33,787 nt of DNA, from contig JBDHHQ010000063.1 in the NCBI GenBank assembly GCA_039589315.1, positions 1 through 33,787 of the forward strand. The letters run 5' to 3'. Positions 1 to 7,965 of the stretch are shown in pieces. A model generated the notes under the pieces. It saw only the letters and a program-made list of their open reading frames with translations, had not been told where the DNA came from and did not search any database. The position numbers and the translations under genes were made by a program. Position 1 is the first letter of the stretch. Each line of letters opens with the position of its first letter. This DNA comes from Gemmatimonadota bacterium. Lineage in GTDB: Bacteria; Gemmatimonadota; Gemmatimonadetes; Longimicrobiales; Gaopeijiaceae.

Positions 1-1122
1 GAGATCAACCAGGTCCGTTCCGGCGGCGCGGTCCCCACGGGCGGTCAGGTCTACGATCTCTCCGGCTATACGATCCTTCCGGGTCTCATCGACGCGCACG
101 TACACATCGGCGCGAACTTCGAAGACGGTGAGAGAGACGCCAAGACCGGGCTGCACGCCGCCTACAATGCCCGCAGTCTGCTGATGAGCGGATTCACGAC
201 CGTTCGCAGCCTCGGGACCGCCGACCGGGCCGCCCTGGACCTCCGGGACGCCATCGCCGAGGGTCTGGTTCCCGGGCCGCGGCTCCTGGTGTCCGGTGGC
301 GGCATGACCGACCAGATCCTCCCGGGTGTCGAGGGTGACCGCGTCCAGGCCACACGCATCGTCGACGTGGGTGGGACCGCTACGGAAATGGGCATCGAGC
401 CGGCGGGCGAGCAGGCAATACGACTCTGGGTCCAAGGCAAGTCGGAGATCGGAGTCGATTGGATCAAGATCTTCGCCACCCGGAGCAGCCGGGCCGGGGG
501 GACGGCGGTCTACTCGCAGGAGCAGCTGGACTGGGCAATGGACGAAGCCCGCAAGGAACGCAAGCCCATCTCCGCCCACGCCCATGCCCCGGACGGGGCC
601 CGCCGCGCGATCATCGCTGGGGCTCGGACCATCGAGCACGGCGCCCTGCTGGACGACGAGACGCTGGATCTCATGGTCGAGCACGGGACCTACTACACGC
701 CGAACCTATACCTGTCCGAGTACTATCTCGCTCACGGAGACGAGTACGGGTATACGGAAGAGCAGCTTCGTTTCACTGCCGAGTTCCTGCCGATCCGGAC
801 CGAAGTGTTCAGTCACGCAGTGGACAAGGGCGTCAAGATCGTGTTCAGCACCGACACCAACGCCGGGTGGATCTCGTCGGGAACCACGGCCATCGAGTTC
901 GAGCGGCGGCACGCCGCCGGCCAATCGGCGCAGGACGCCATCGTGAGCGCCACGACCCGGGCCGCCGAAGCGCTGTTCCTACCGGACGTTGGGGACCTCG
1001 CGGTCGGGAAGCTGGCGGACATCATCGCCGTCGAGGGCGATCCGCTCGAGGACATCACCGCGCTGCAACGGGTGGTCTTCGTGATGAAGGACGGGCACGT
1101 CTACAAGGCGCCGGGCATGTAG
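1..1122 (+). CDS. Metal-dependent amidohydrolase (prolidase/carboxypeptidase-like subgroup), 5'-truncated by the window edge
   Basis: Frame is open from base 1 (EINQVRSGG...YDLSGYTILPGLIDAHVH), upstream of the ORF-track start at 184. Binuclear-site motifs: DAHVH, IKIF Lys, HAH, EHG, STD. C-terminal GKLADIIAVEGDPLEDI...VFVMKDG. Confidence 0.9.
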   Translation, partial: EINQVRSGGAVPTGGQVYDLSGYTILPGLIDAHVHIGANFEDGERDAKTGLHAAYNARSLLMSGFTTVRSLGTADRAALDLRDAIAEGLVPGPRLLVSGGGMTDQILPGVEGDRVQATRIVDVGGTATEMGIEPAGEQAIRLWVQGKSEIGVDWIKIFATRSSRAGGTAVYSQEQLDWAMDEARKERKPISAHAHAPDGARRAIIAGARTIEHGALLDDETLDLMVEHGTYYTPNLYLSEYYLAHGDEYGYTEEQLRFTAEFLPIRTEVFSHAVDKGVKIVFSTDTNAGWISSGTTAIEFERRHAAGQSAQDAIVSATTRAAEALFLPDVGDLAVGKLADIIAVEGDPLEDITALQRVVFVMKDGHVYKAPGM

Positions 1123-1148
1123 GTCACGCGGACACCAGGGAAGACGGA

Positions 1149-1182
1149 AGCCCCGCACCCCCTGACTCGGAGGTGCGGGGCT
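1149..1182. terminator. Hairpin between convergent genes, probable bidirectional terminator
   Basis: 11-bp perfect stem agccccgcacc (1149-1159) / ggtgcggggct (1172-1182); U-tracts weak. Confidence 0.6.
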
Positions 1183-1209
1183 CTCCCGCAGAAGGTGGCT
1201 CTCCCCTCG

Positions 1210-3123
1210 TCACTCCGGCAGCGCGAAGGCCACGAGCTTTGCGCTCTCACCGGCTCCGACCGCGACGACCACGTATTGCCGACCGCCACGCGTCTGATAC
1301 GTCATCGGGTTGGCCGAGCTCGCGCCTCCCAGTCCCTGCTCCCACAGCAGGTCGCCCGAGTCCTTGTCGAAGGCGTTGAGCGACATGGAGCCGCCCGTGA
1401 CGAAGACCAGGCCGCCGGCCGTGACCATCGGTCCTGCTGGCCCGGGAGCCCCCAGCTTCTCGGGAAGGTCGACGCCCCGCAGCGCAGGGTGGAATCGAAC
1501 GTTGGGTAGGTCTCCCACCGGAACCTGCCACAGCAGATCTCCCGAGTTCATGTCGATGGCGCTCAACGTGCCGTAGGGCGGCTTGATCAGGGGTAGGCCG
1601 TTCGGGAGGGAGATGCTCCGGATGCTCCGGTCGACCTGATACGTCGCCTCGGACTGCGCGGGATCCGCCTCGACCAACTTGAGCAGGGATGGGCTTTCAG
1701 TCCCTTTCACGTAGAACACGTTCGTTTCGGGATCGACCGCCCCGCCTCCCCAGTTGGCTCCTCCCTCGATCCCCGGTAGCATCAGCGTCCCGTCGAGGGA
1801 CGGTGGGGTGAAGATGGGACTCATGCGGTAGCCGGCGATCGCTTCCTTGGCCATGGCCGCGAGCTCGGGCGTGAAGTCCATGAGCACGTCTTCGGAGAAT
1901 CCCTGCCGGACGAACGGTGCCGGCCGGGTGGGGAAGGGCTGTGTCTCGGACGCCCGCTCCCCGGGCACGTCGCTAGCCGGGACGGGACGCTCCTCGATGG
2001 GCCAGAGCGGCTCACCCGTGACTCGGTCGAAAGCGTAGATGAAGCCCTGCTTCGAGGGTGCCACGACGGCGTCGACGTCCTGTCCGTCGTGACGCACCGT
2101 CATGAGCGTGGGCGGGGAGCTCAGGTCCCAGTCCCAGAGCCCGTGATGAACCGCCTGGAAGTGCCAGACTCGCTCTCCGGTGTGCGCGTCGAGACAGACC
2201 ACGGACTCGGCGAAGAGGTTGTCGCCTTTCCGGTGACCTCCGAAGTAGTCGCTGCTGGGCGTCCCGACGGGCAGGTAGAGTAGACCTCGATCCGCGTCCA
2301 GCGAGAACGGCGCCCAGACGTTGGCGTGGCCCCACTCGCCCCAGGAACCGTCCTCCCAGGTCTCGTTTCCGAAGTCCCCGGGCTGAGGGATGAGGTCGAA
2401 GGTCCACCGGAGCTCGCCGGTCCGGGCGTCGAACGCCTGCATGACCCCGGGGGGGTCGCCCCGGTAGACGAAACGATCCCAGACCCCGTTCCCGACGATC
2501 ACAAGGTCGTCGTACACCACTGGTGCCGAGGTCTGCGTCACGTGGAGCGGGATCGACGGCCAGGTCAGCGCCTCGGTGAGGTCGACGCGCCCCTCGTGCC
2601 CGAAGTCCTCGATCACCTCTCCCGTTCGTGCGTCCACCGCATACAGCCACCAGCGAGCGTTGATGAAGACCCGGCGCTCCCCGTCTCCGCTCCACAGCGC
2701 CACACCCCGGTGGACGAAGTGGGAACCGTTCGGGGGGAGACCCCAGTCGTAGGCCTTGGGGTCGAAGGTCCAGAACACCTCGCCGGTTTCGGCGTCGAGG
2801 GCGACGATCTTGTTGTACGAGGTGCTCAGGTACATGGTGTCGTTCAGCACCAGAGGCTGTGCCTCGAACCGGCCTGCGTAGACGTCCTGGCCGGGGATGG
2901 GTTGGCGCGGCCCTGGCACGGGCTTCTCACCCGTCTCCCATGTCCACGCCATCTCGAGGTCCCGGACATTCTCGCGGTTGATCTGAACGAGGGGTGAGTA
3001 CTTCTGGGCTCCCGGATCGCCTCCGTAGACGGGCCAATCGCCCTCCTTGGCTGCCGTCTGCTGTGCCGAGGCAGGGGCGCTGTAGAGCAGGCCGAAGGCT
3101 AGTGCTGCTACGGCGAGACGCAT
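1210..3123 (-). CDS. Exported PQQ-dependent dehydrogenase, quinoprotein glucose/quinate dehydrogenase family, lacking the N-terminal membrane domain (~637 aa)
   Basis: Sec signal MRLAVAALAFGLLYSAPASAQ. Motifs GDWPVYGGD..AQKYSPL.QI.RENV..LE.AW, HRGVALW, HHGLWDWD, GGANWGG, KPPYG, ANPMTY. Start could be 3123, 3129 or 3132; a purine-rich RBS-like run lies upstream. Confidence 0.9.
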   Translation of the reverse strand: MRLAVAALAFGLLYSAPASAQQTAAKEGDWPVYGGDPGAQKYSPLVQINRENVRDLEMAWTWETGEKPVPGPRQPIPGQDVYAGRFEAQPLVLNDTMYLSTSYNKIVALDAETGEVFWTFDPKAYDWGLPPNGSHFVHRGVALWSGDGERRVFINARWWLYAVDARTGEVIEDFGHEGRVDLTEALTWPSIPLHVTQTSAPVVYDDLVIVGNGVWDRFVYRGDPPGVMQAFDARTGELRWTFDLIPQPGDFGNETWEDGSWGEWGHANVWAPFSLDADRGLLYLPVGTPSSDYFGGHRKGDNLFAESVVCLDAHTGERVWHFQAVHHGLWDWDLSSPPTLMTVRHDGQDVDAVVAPSKQGFIYAFDRVTGEPLWPIEERPVPASDVPGERASETQPFPTRPAPFVRQGFSEDVLMDFTPELAAMAKEAIAGYRMSPIFTPPSLDGTLMLPGIEGGANWGGGAVDPETNVFYVKGTESPSLLKLVEADPAQSEATYQVDRSIRSISLPNGLPLIKPPYGTLSAIDMNSGDLLWQVPVGDLPNVRFHPALRGVDLPEKLGAPGPAGPMVTAGGLVFVTGGSMSLNAFDKDSGDLLWEQGLGGASSANPMTYQTRGGRQYVVVAVGAGESAKLVAFALPE

Positions 3124-3217
3124 GGTCATCATGCCCCCCTTTGAGCGTGATGGTGGGCGCGAAGGTCGGTCGTCGGTCAATGTAGGCCCCATGCAATTCC
3201 GGGGCGACCGATCTTCC

Positions 3218-3247
3218 TTGACGTCCTTGAGAGCGCTGCCCTATCAT
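3218..3247 (+). promoter_or_regulatory. sigma70-type promoter for susC
   Basis: TTGACG (3218-3223), 18-bp spacer, TATCAT (3242-3247). Direct repeat tccttga at 3215-3221 and 3224-3230 overlaps the -35. Confidence 0.65.
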
Positions 3248-3253
3248 GCTGCC

Positions 3254-3544
3254 CAGGCAGTCGTCCGTCACAACTTGTGGCGCTTGCCGGCGACCACCAC
3301 CGGAGGTCGACTGCCAGCAACTCTGCTCGGCTTCCCACCGAACAGGCTCTTCACGCCGCATGTGGGAATGGCTCCCCCCAGCCGATCGAGTTGGTGCTGC
3401 GCAACAGAGCTGAGCGCCTCACGGCGGTTCGATAGATCTTCCGCCTGCCGCCTCCAACAGGCGGTCGGCGGGCGACGCACCCCTGCCCCCGACCTCGGTC
3501 GTTGGCGGCGTGCTCCTAACGATGCTCAACCCAGGAGGCTCACG
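3254..3544 (+). promoter_or_regulatory. Long structured 5' leader of susC, candidate cis-regulatory RNA
   Basis: Nested stems: ggcagtcg 3256-3263 / cgactgcc 3308-3315; ttcccac 3332-3338 / gtgggaa 3362-3368; cggct/agccg; ctctg/cagag; GC hairpin at 3441-3471. RBS aggagg at 3533-3538. Confidence 0.35.
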
Positions 3545-6523
3545 ATGCGCACATCGATGTTTGCGGCGATCGGGACGGGCTCCGAACGCCCCCCTCGTAG
3601 GTCAGCATGCCGGCTCTGTTGTGCATTCCTTGTGGGCTTTCTCGCTTTCGCGCTGAACTCAACGACGGCGGCGGCCCAGGAACGAGGCACCGTGACGGGG
3701 ACGATCGTGGAAGCGGGCAGCATGGCGCCGCTGGCGTCGGTCCAGGTCTCGATCCCGGGCACGGGGCTGGGGACGCTCAGCCAGCCATCGGGACGATTCA
3801 TCATCCTGAACGTTCCGGTGGGGAGCCACACGCTTCGGGCGGAGCGCGTCGGCTACGCGACGGAGACCCAGGAGATCGTCGTTTCGGCAGGCGGGACCGT
3901 GGCAGTGGACTTCCAGTTGACCGAGACCGCCCTGGGGCTGGACGAGATCGTCGTCACGGGGACTGCGGGGGCTGCTCGGCGTAGGGAAGTGGGCAACTCC
4001 ATCACGCAGTTAAACCTGAGCGACATCCAGGAGCCCGTGGTCGACGTCGACAACCTGCTCCAGGGCCGCGTGGCTGGAGCGGTCGTACAGGGGACCGGCG
4101 GGGCCGTGGGGTCCGGTGGCCGCATCCGGCTGCGTGGCAACGTGAGCGCCACGCTCAGCAATCAGCCGCTGCTCTTCATCGACGGCGTCCGCGTCCGTAG
4201 CGACGGGTACCCGAAGAGCGTGCCGCCCACGGGCTATGCAGGCCGGGGCTCGAACACGACGGCGAGTCCCCTCAACGACGTCAACCCGGCCGATATCGAG
4301 CGGATGGAGATCATCAAGGGCGCCGCTGCCACGACGCTCTACGGGACCGAAGCCTCCGCCGGCGTCATCCAGATCTTCACCAAGAAGGGTCGTCAAGGCC
4401 GGGCTCAGTGGACGGCCCAGATCGACCAGGCCGCCATGCACCTTCAGGAGTTCGGGCCCAAGTTCGGGCTGCGGGGCGAGGAGATCGTGGTGCCTCCGGG
4501 CGAGCTTCAGCCGTTCTACGACGACTATCGGCACATGTTCATGGACCCGTACATCCAGACGGGCTACCGCGGTAACTACACCCTCTCGGTCCGGGGCGGT
4601 CTCGAGGACCTGAACTACTTCTTGTCCGGCCAGTTCGAGAGCATCACCGGCGTGCACAAGTCCGAGGGGTCGCAGAAGTATGGCCTGAGGGCGAACCTGA
4701 CCTTCACGCCGTTCAACGGCTTTCAAATCCAGACGAACAACTCCTACACCCGGACCAACCTGGACCACGTGCCCAACGGCGGGAACGCTCAGGGCATCCA
4801 CCTCAACGCTCAGAGGCGGGACCAGAACTACTTCGGCAACGCGGATCCGGCGGTCGTCAGCGAGCTCTTCGACTACGACATCCGCCAGTACATCGATCGC
4901 TTCATCACCGGGCTCACCGCCACCTGGGCCCCGAGCCAGTCCTGGTCGCACCGTCTGACCTTCGGCTACGACCTGGCCCAGCAGGAGTCGAGACAGGTGC
5001 GGCCCTGGGGGTTTTCCCGCCAGCCGGAAGGGATCTTGTCGAATCAGCGGTGGCGCGAGAACACGCTGACCTTCGATTACGTGGGCAGCTGGAGCGTTCA
5101 GCTGGGTTCGGAGGTGCGTTCGTCCCTCTCCTTTGGCGGACAGGGAATCACCCGGGATCAGACCATCGTCGACGGTCAAGCCAACGAGTTTCCCGGGCCT
5201 GGTGACCCCACCCTCTCGAGCGGCGCCCAGACCCTGGCTTTCGAGGAGCGCATCAGGGTGGTCACCGGAGGGTTCTTCGCTCAGAACATCTTCGACCTGA
5301 AGAACCGCTACTTCCTCACGGTCGGCCTCCGGGTCGACGGCAACTCGGCGTTCGGGTCGAATCTGGGACTCCAGGCGTACCCCAAGCTGAGCGCCTCGTA
5401 CGTCATCTCCGACGAGCCCTTCTGGAGCCCCGACCTCGGCGTGTTGAAGCTCCGGGCAGCCTGGGGGCAGGCAGGCCGCGCCCCCGGCGCCTTCGACGCG
5501 GTCCGCACGTGGTCGCCGGTGGGATTCGGTGGCCAGCCGGCGTTCCTGCCCAACAACGTGGGCAATCCTGACCTCGGACCCGAGCGCACCTCGGAGCTCG
5601 AGTTCGGGTTCGACGGTTCCTTCTTGGACAATCGCTGGGACCTGGACTTCACCTACTACAACCAGACGACGACGGACGCGCTCATGAACGTCCGGCAAAT
5701 CCCGTCTGAAGGCTTCGGTGGTCAGCAGCTCGAGAACGTCGGCAAGATCCAGAACCGGGGTGTCGAGTTCACCACGAACTTCCGGATCGTCGACCGCCAG
5801 AATTGGGGTTGGAACCTGGGCGGCTCCTACTACACCAACGAGTCCGAGGTCCTCAGCCTCGGTGGCGCCCCCGCCTTCAGTTCGGGCGTGAGAGGATGGG
5901 TGATCGAAGGCGAGGCGGTCCCCGTGATGCGTGGCAACTGCATCACCAACCCCGACGAGATCGCCGATCCGGTGGTGGAGAGCAACTGCATCTACGGTCC
6001 CAACCAGCCCACGTTCGGTTGGCAGCTCATGACCGATGTCCGGATGCCTGGCGGGCTCTTGCTCGCGGCTCGGGGCGAGTACTCAGGCGGCAACTGGATG
6101 TACTCGAACTTCGAAGGTGAGGCCTACTCCCGGGGCATCCGCTGGCCCACCTGCTTCAACGTCCTTCCGGCCCGTGATTCAGGAGACACGAGCAGCCTGA
6201 CCGCGCGGGAGCGCGGGCACTGTCTCGCGTCCAATGCGGACCGGGACTACGCGATCATGCCGGCCGACTTCTTCAAGGTCCGTGAGCTGAGCCTGAGCGC
6301 TCCGGTCCCCGAGCAGTGGATGCCGGGCGCCAGCAGCGCGACCGTCACGGTGTCGGGCCGGAACCTCTACCGCTGGACCAAGAAGGACCTGTTCGGCTTC
6401 ACGGATCCGGAAGCGTCCGGCGACTGGAATCGTGACCAGAGCGGCAACCTCGGCAACGTGATGATCCTGGGCGCGACGCCTCCTCCGTCCGTCTGGACGT
6501 TCTCCATTCGCGTGAACTTCTGA
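3545..6523 (+). CDS. susC: SusC/RagA-family TonB-dependent outer membrane transporter (~992 aa)
   Basis: ATG 3545 after AGGAGG. Signal peptide ending AAAQ, carboxypeptidase-regulatory-like N-domain, TonB box LDEIVVTG, plug RIRLRG...QPLLFIDGVR, signature LNDVNPADIERMEIIKGAAATTLYG...GVIQIFTKKG, RVDGNSAFG, GNPDLGPERT, terminal Phe. Confidence 0.95.
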   Translation: MRTSMFAAIGTGSERPPRRSACRLCCAFLVGFLAFALNSTTAAAQERGTVTGTIVEAGSMAPLASVQVSIPGTGLGTLSQPSGRFIILNVPVGSHTLRAERVGYATETQEIVVSAGGTVAVDFQLTETALGLDEIVVTGTAGAARRREVGNSITQLNLSDIQEPVVDVDNLLQGRVAGAVVQGTGGAVGSGGRIRLRGNVSATLSNQPLLFIDGVRVRSDGYPKSVPPTGYAGRGSNTTASPLNDVNPADIERMEIIKGAAATTLYGTEASAGVIQIFTKKGRQGRAQWTAQIDQAAMHLQEFGPKFGLRGEEIVVPPGELQPFYDDYRHMFMDPYIQTGYRGNYTLSVRGGLEDLNYFLSGQFESITGVHKSEGSQKYGLRANLTFTPFNGFQIQTNNSYTRTNLDHVPNGGNAQGIHLNAQRRDQNYFGNADPAVVSELFDYDIRQYIDRFITGLTATWAPSQSWSHRLTFGYDLAQQESRQVRPWGFSRQPEGILSNQRWRENTLTFDYVGSWSVQLGSEVRSSLSFGGQGITRDQTIVDGQANEFPGPGDPTLSSGAQTLAFEERIRVVTGGFFAQNIFDLKNRYFLTVGLRVDGNSAFGSNLGLQAYPKLSASYVISDEPFWSPDLGVLKLRAAWGQAGRAPGAFDAVRTWSPVGFGGQPAFLPNNVGNPDLGPERTSELEFGFDGSFLDNRWDLDFTYYNQTTTDALMNVRQIPSEGFGGQQLENVGKIQNRGVEFTTNFRIVDRQNWGWNLGGSYYTNESEVLSLGGAPAFSSGVRGWVIEGEAVPVMRGNCITNPDEIADPVVESNCIYGPNQPTFGWQLMTDVRMPGGLLLAARGEYSGGNWMYSNFEGEAYSRGIRWPTCFNVLPARDSGDTSSLTARERGHCLASNADRDYAIMPADFFKVRELSLSAPVPEQWMPGASSATVTVSGRNLYRWTKKDLFGFTDPEASGDWNRDQSGNLGNVMILGATPPPSVWTFSIRVNF

Positions 6524-6544
6524 CCGGCCATGAGGGAGTCCACA

Positions 6545-7846
6545 ATGAAGACGACACAGATGAATACTTCGAAGCCGAGAGCCTTCGGAGGCCTCCGGGT
6601 CCTCTGGGTCCTGGGCATCTCCCTTGGCCTGGCCGGGTGCAGCACCGACGTGACCAACCCCGGCCCGGTCCAGGACGACTTCTTGAACGATCCGGGCGCG
6701 ACCGAGGCGGTGGTCGGAGGAATGCGGCGTGCGATGTCCGATGCGCTGAACTTCCTGGCTTTCCAGGCCGCCGGTATCTCGCGGGAGCTCCACCCCACGG
6801 GGGGCACGGGCTCTTTCGGTCTGGGTGTCCCCATCTACAACGGCAGGCTCCTGCCCGACGAGCAGAGCGACGTCTGGGACCGGGCCCAGCAGGCCCGGTG
6901 GGTCGCAGAGGACGGCATCCGCCGGTTCCAGGCGGCCCTGGACCCGGGCGATTTCGCGTTGGAGCCGCTCGTCGCCCAGTCGTACCTGTGGGCGGGCTAC
7001 GGCAACCGGCTCCTGAGCGAGAACATGTGTGAGGGCGTCATCGACGGGAGCGCATCTCAGGACCGTGGGGTGTACGCTCTGCGGGCGATCGACAATTTCG
7101 ACCAGGCCATCACCGTAGGAAACGCGACCGGTGAGGCCGACCTCGTGCTTGCCGCCTACGCCGGCCGTGCGTCGGTCAAGGCGTTCACGGGCGATTGGAC
7201 CGGCGCGCTGGCTGACGCGGCCCGGGTTCCCACTCCCTACACCTTCGAGGCCGAGTACTACAACACCGGCGACATCGTGGAGGCCAACCGGATTCATCAC
7301 GCCACGAAGAACCAGCCGTACAAGACCGCGACCGTGTGGGGCACCGTGTGGGAGCTCCATTTCGAGGAGTGGGCCGACGCGCGTACGCCCTGGACCGACT
7401 CCGGCGGCGACGGCGATGGCGGCGTGGAATGCTGCGGGCCGGTGCCCTTCTTCGTTCAGGAGAAGCACCCGGAGTGGGAAGCTAACATCCGGCTTTCCAG
7501 CGGCCGGGAAATGCGCCTGATAGAGGCAGAGTCCGACCTGCGGGACGGTGACATCGACGGCGCAATGACGATTCTGAACAGCCTGAGAGCCCTCGTCGGC
7601 GTAGATCCGTTGCCTGATCCGGCAGACCTGACCGAGGCGTGGTCCATACTGAAGCGGGAGCGTGGCGCGGAGCTGTGGTTGGAAGGGCGCCGTCTGGGTG
7701 ACTTCTTCCGGTGGGACCGGGACGGAACGCCGGGAGCGCTGCACCCGAGGGAGTTGCCAGGCGAAGAGTCGCACCTGACGACCCAGGATCTGTGCTTCCC
7801 GATCGCCCAGTCCGAAATCGACACGAACCCCAACATCGGGGGCTAG
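6545..7846 (+). CDS. susD: RagB/SusD-family outer membrane substrate-binding lipoprotein (~433 aa)
   Basis: Directly follows susC. RBS gggag, lipobox LAGC, EMRLIEAE, ERGAELWLEGRRLGD..R, CFPIAQSEIDTNPN. Alternative start 6530. Confidence 0.92.
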   Translation: MKTTQMNTSKPRAFGGLRVLWVLGISLGLAGCSTDVTNPGPVQDDFLNDPGATEAVVGGMRRAMSDALNFLAFQAAGISRELHPTGGTGSFGLGVPIYNGRLLPDEQSDVWDRAQQARWVAEDGIRRFQAALDPGDFALEPLVAQSYLWAGYGNRLLSENMCEGVIDGSASQDRGVYALRAIDNFDQAITVGNATGEADLVLAAYAGRASVKAFTGDWTGALADAARVPTPYTFEAEYYNTGDIVEANRIHHATKNQPYKTATVWGTVWELHFEEWADARTPWTDSGGDGDGGVECCGPVPFFVQEKHPEWEANIRLSSGREMRLIEAESDLRDGDIDGAMTILNSLRALVGVDPLPDPADLTEAWSILKRERGAELWLEGRRLGDFFRWDRDGTPGALHPRELPGEESHLTTQDLCFPIAQSEIDTNPNIGG

Positions 7847-7855
7847 TGGGCAAGG

Positions 7856-7899
7856 CGGGCGGCGCGGTGGATGATTCCCCCGCGCCGCCCGTTGTTATT
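7856..7899 (+). terminator. Rho-independent terminator after susD
   Basis: 12-bp stem cgggcggcgcgg (7856-7867) / ccgcgccgcccg (7880-7891) followed by ttgttatt. Confidence 0.8.
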
Positions 7900-7903
7900 G
7901 CAT

Positions 7904-7930
7904 CGAACCCGAGTTCCGCAACCGACGTAG
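7904..7930 (+). promoter_or_regulatory. Putative ECF-sigma promoter for the amidohydrolase-CapA-cytochrome-PKD operon
   Basis: GAAC (7905-7908), 17-bp spacer, CGTAG (7926-7930). Lies just after the terminator and 35 bp upstream of ATG 7966. Confidence 0.4.
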
Positions 7931-7965
7931 CCTGCACACCCACCCGAACTCCACGGAGCGGCAAT

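Noticed and set aside
3360..3410. Cobalamin riboswitch in the susC leader (gggaa...ccccc)
   Set aside because: Only superficial; I cannot find the B12-box or other conserved core elements. TPP and c-di-GMP motifs were not recognised either.
3122..3544. ORF-track N-terminal extensions (susC from 3122, amidohydrolase from 7711, maeA from 18277, TPR from 30144 and 27028, PKD from 12269)
   Set aside because: Extensions are non-homologous and cross promoters, terminators or other genes; downstream starts have an RBS and/or a signal peptide or family N-terminus.
4010..7774. Long antisense ORFs 4010-5698 and 6179-7774 (also 10326-12227, 13595-15124, 25622-27772, 30158-31288)
   Set aside because: Shadow ORFs opposite well-supported genes in GC-rich DNA; biased composition and no recognisable motifs.
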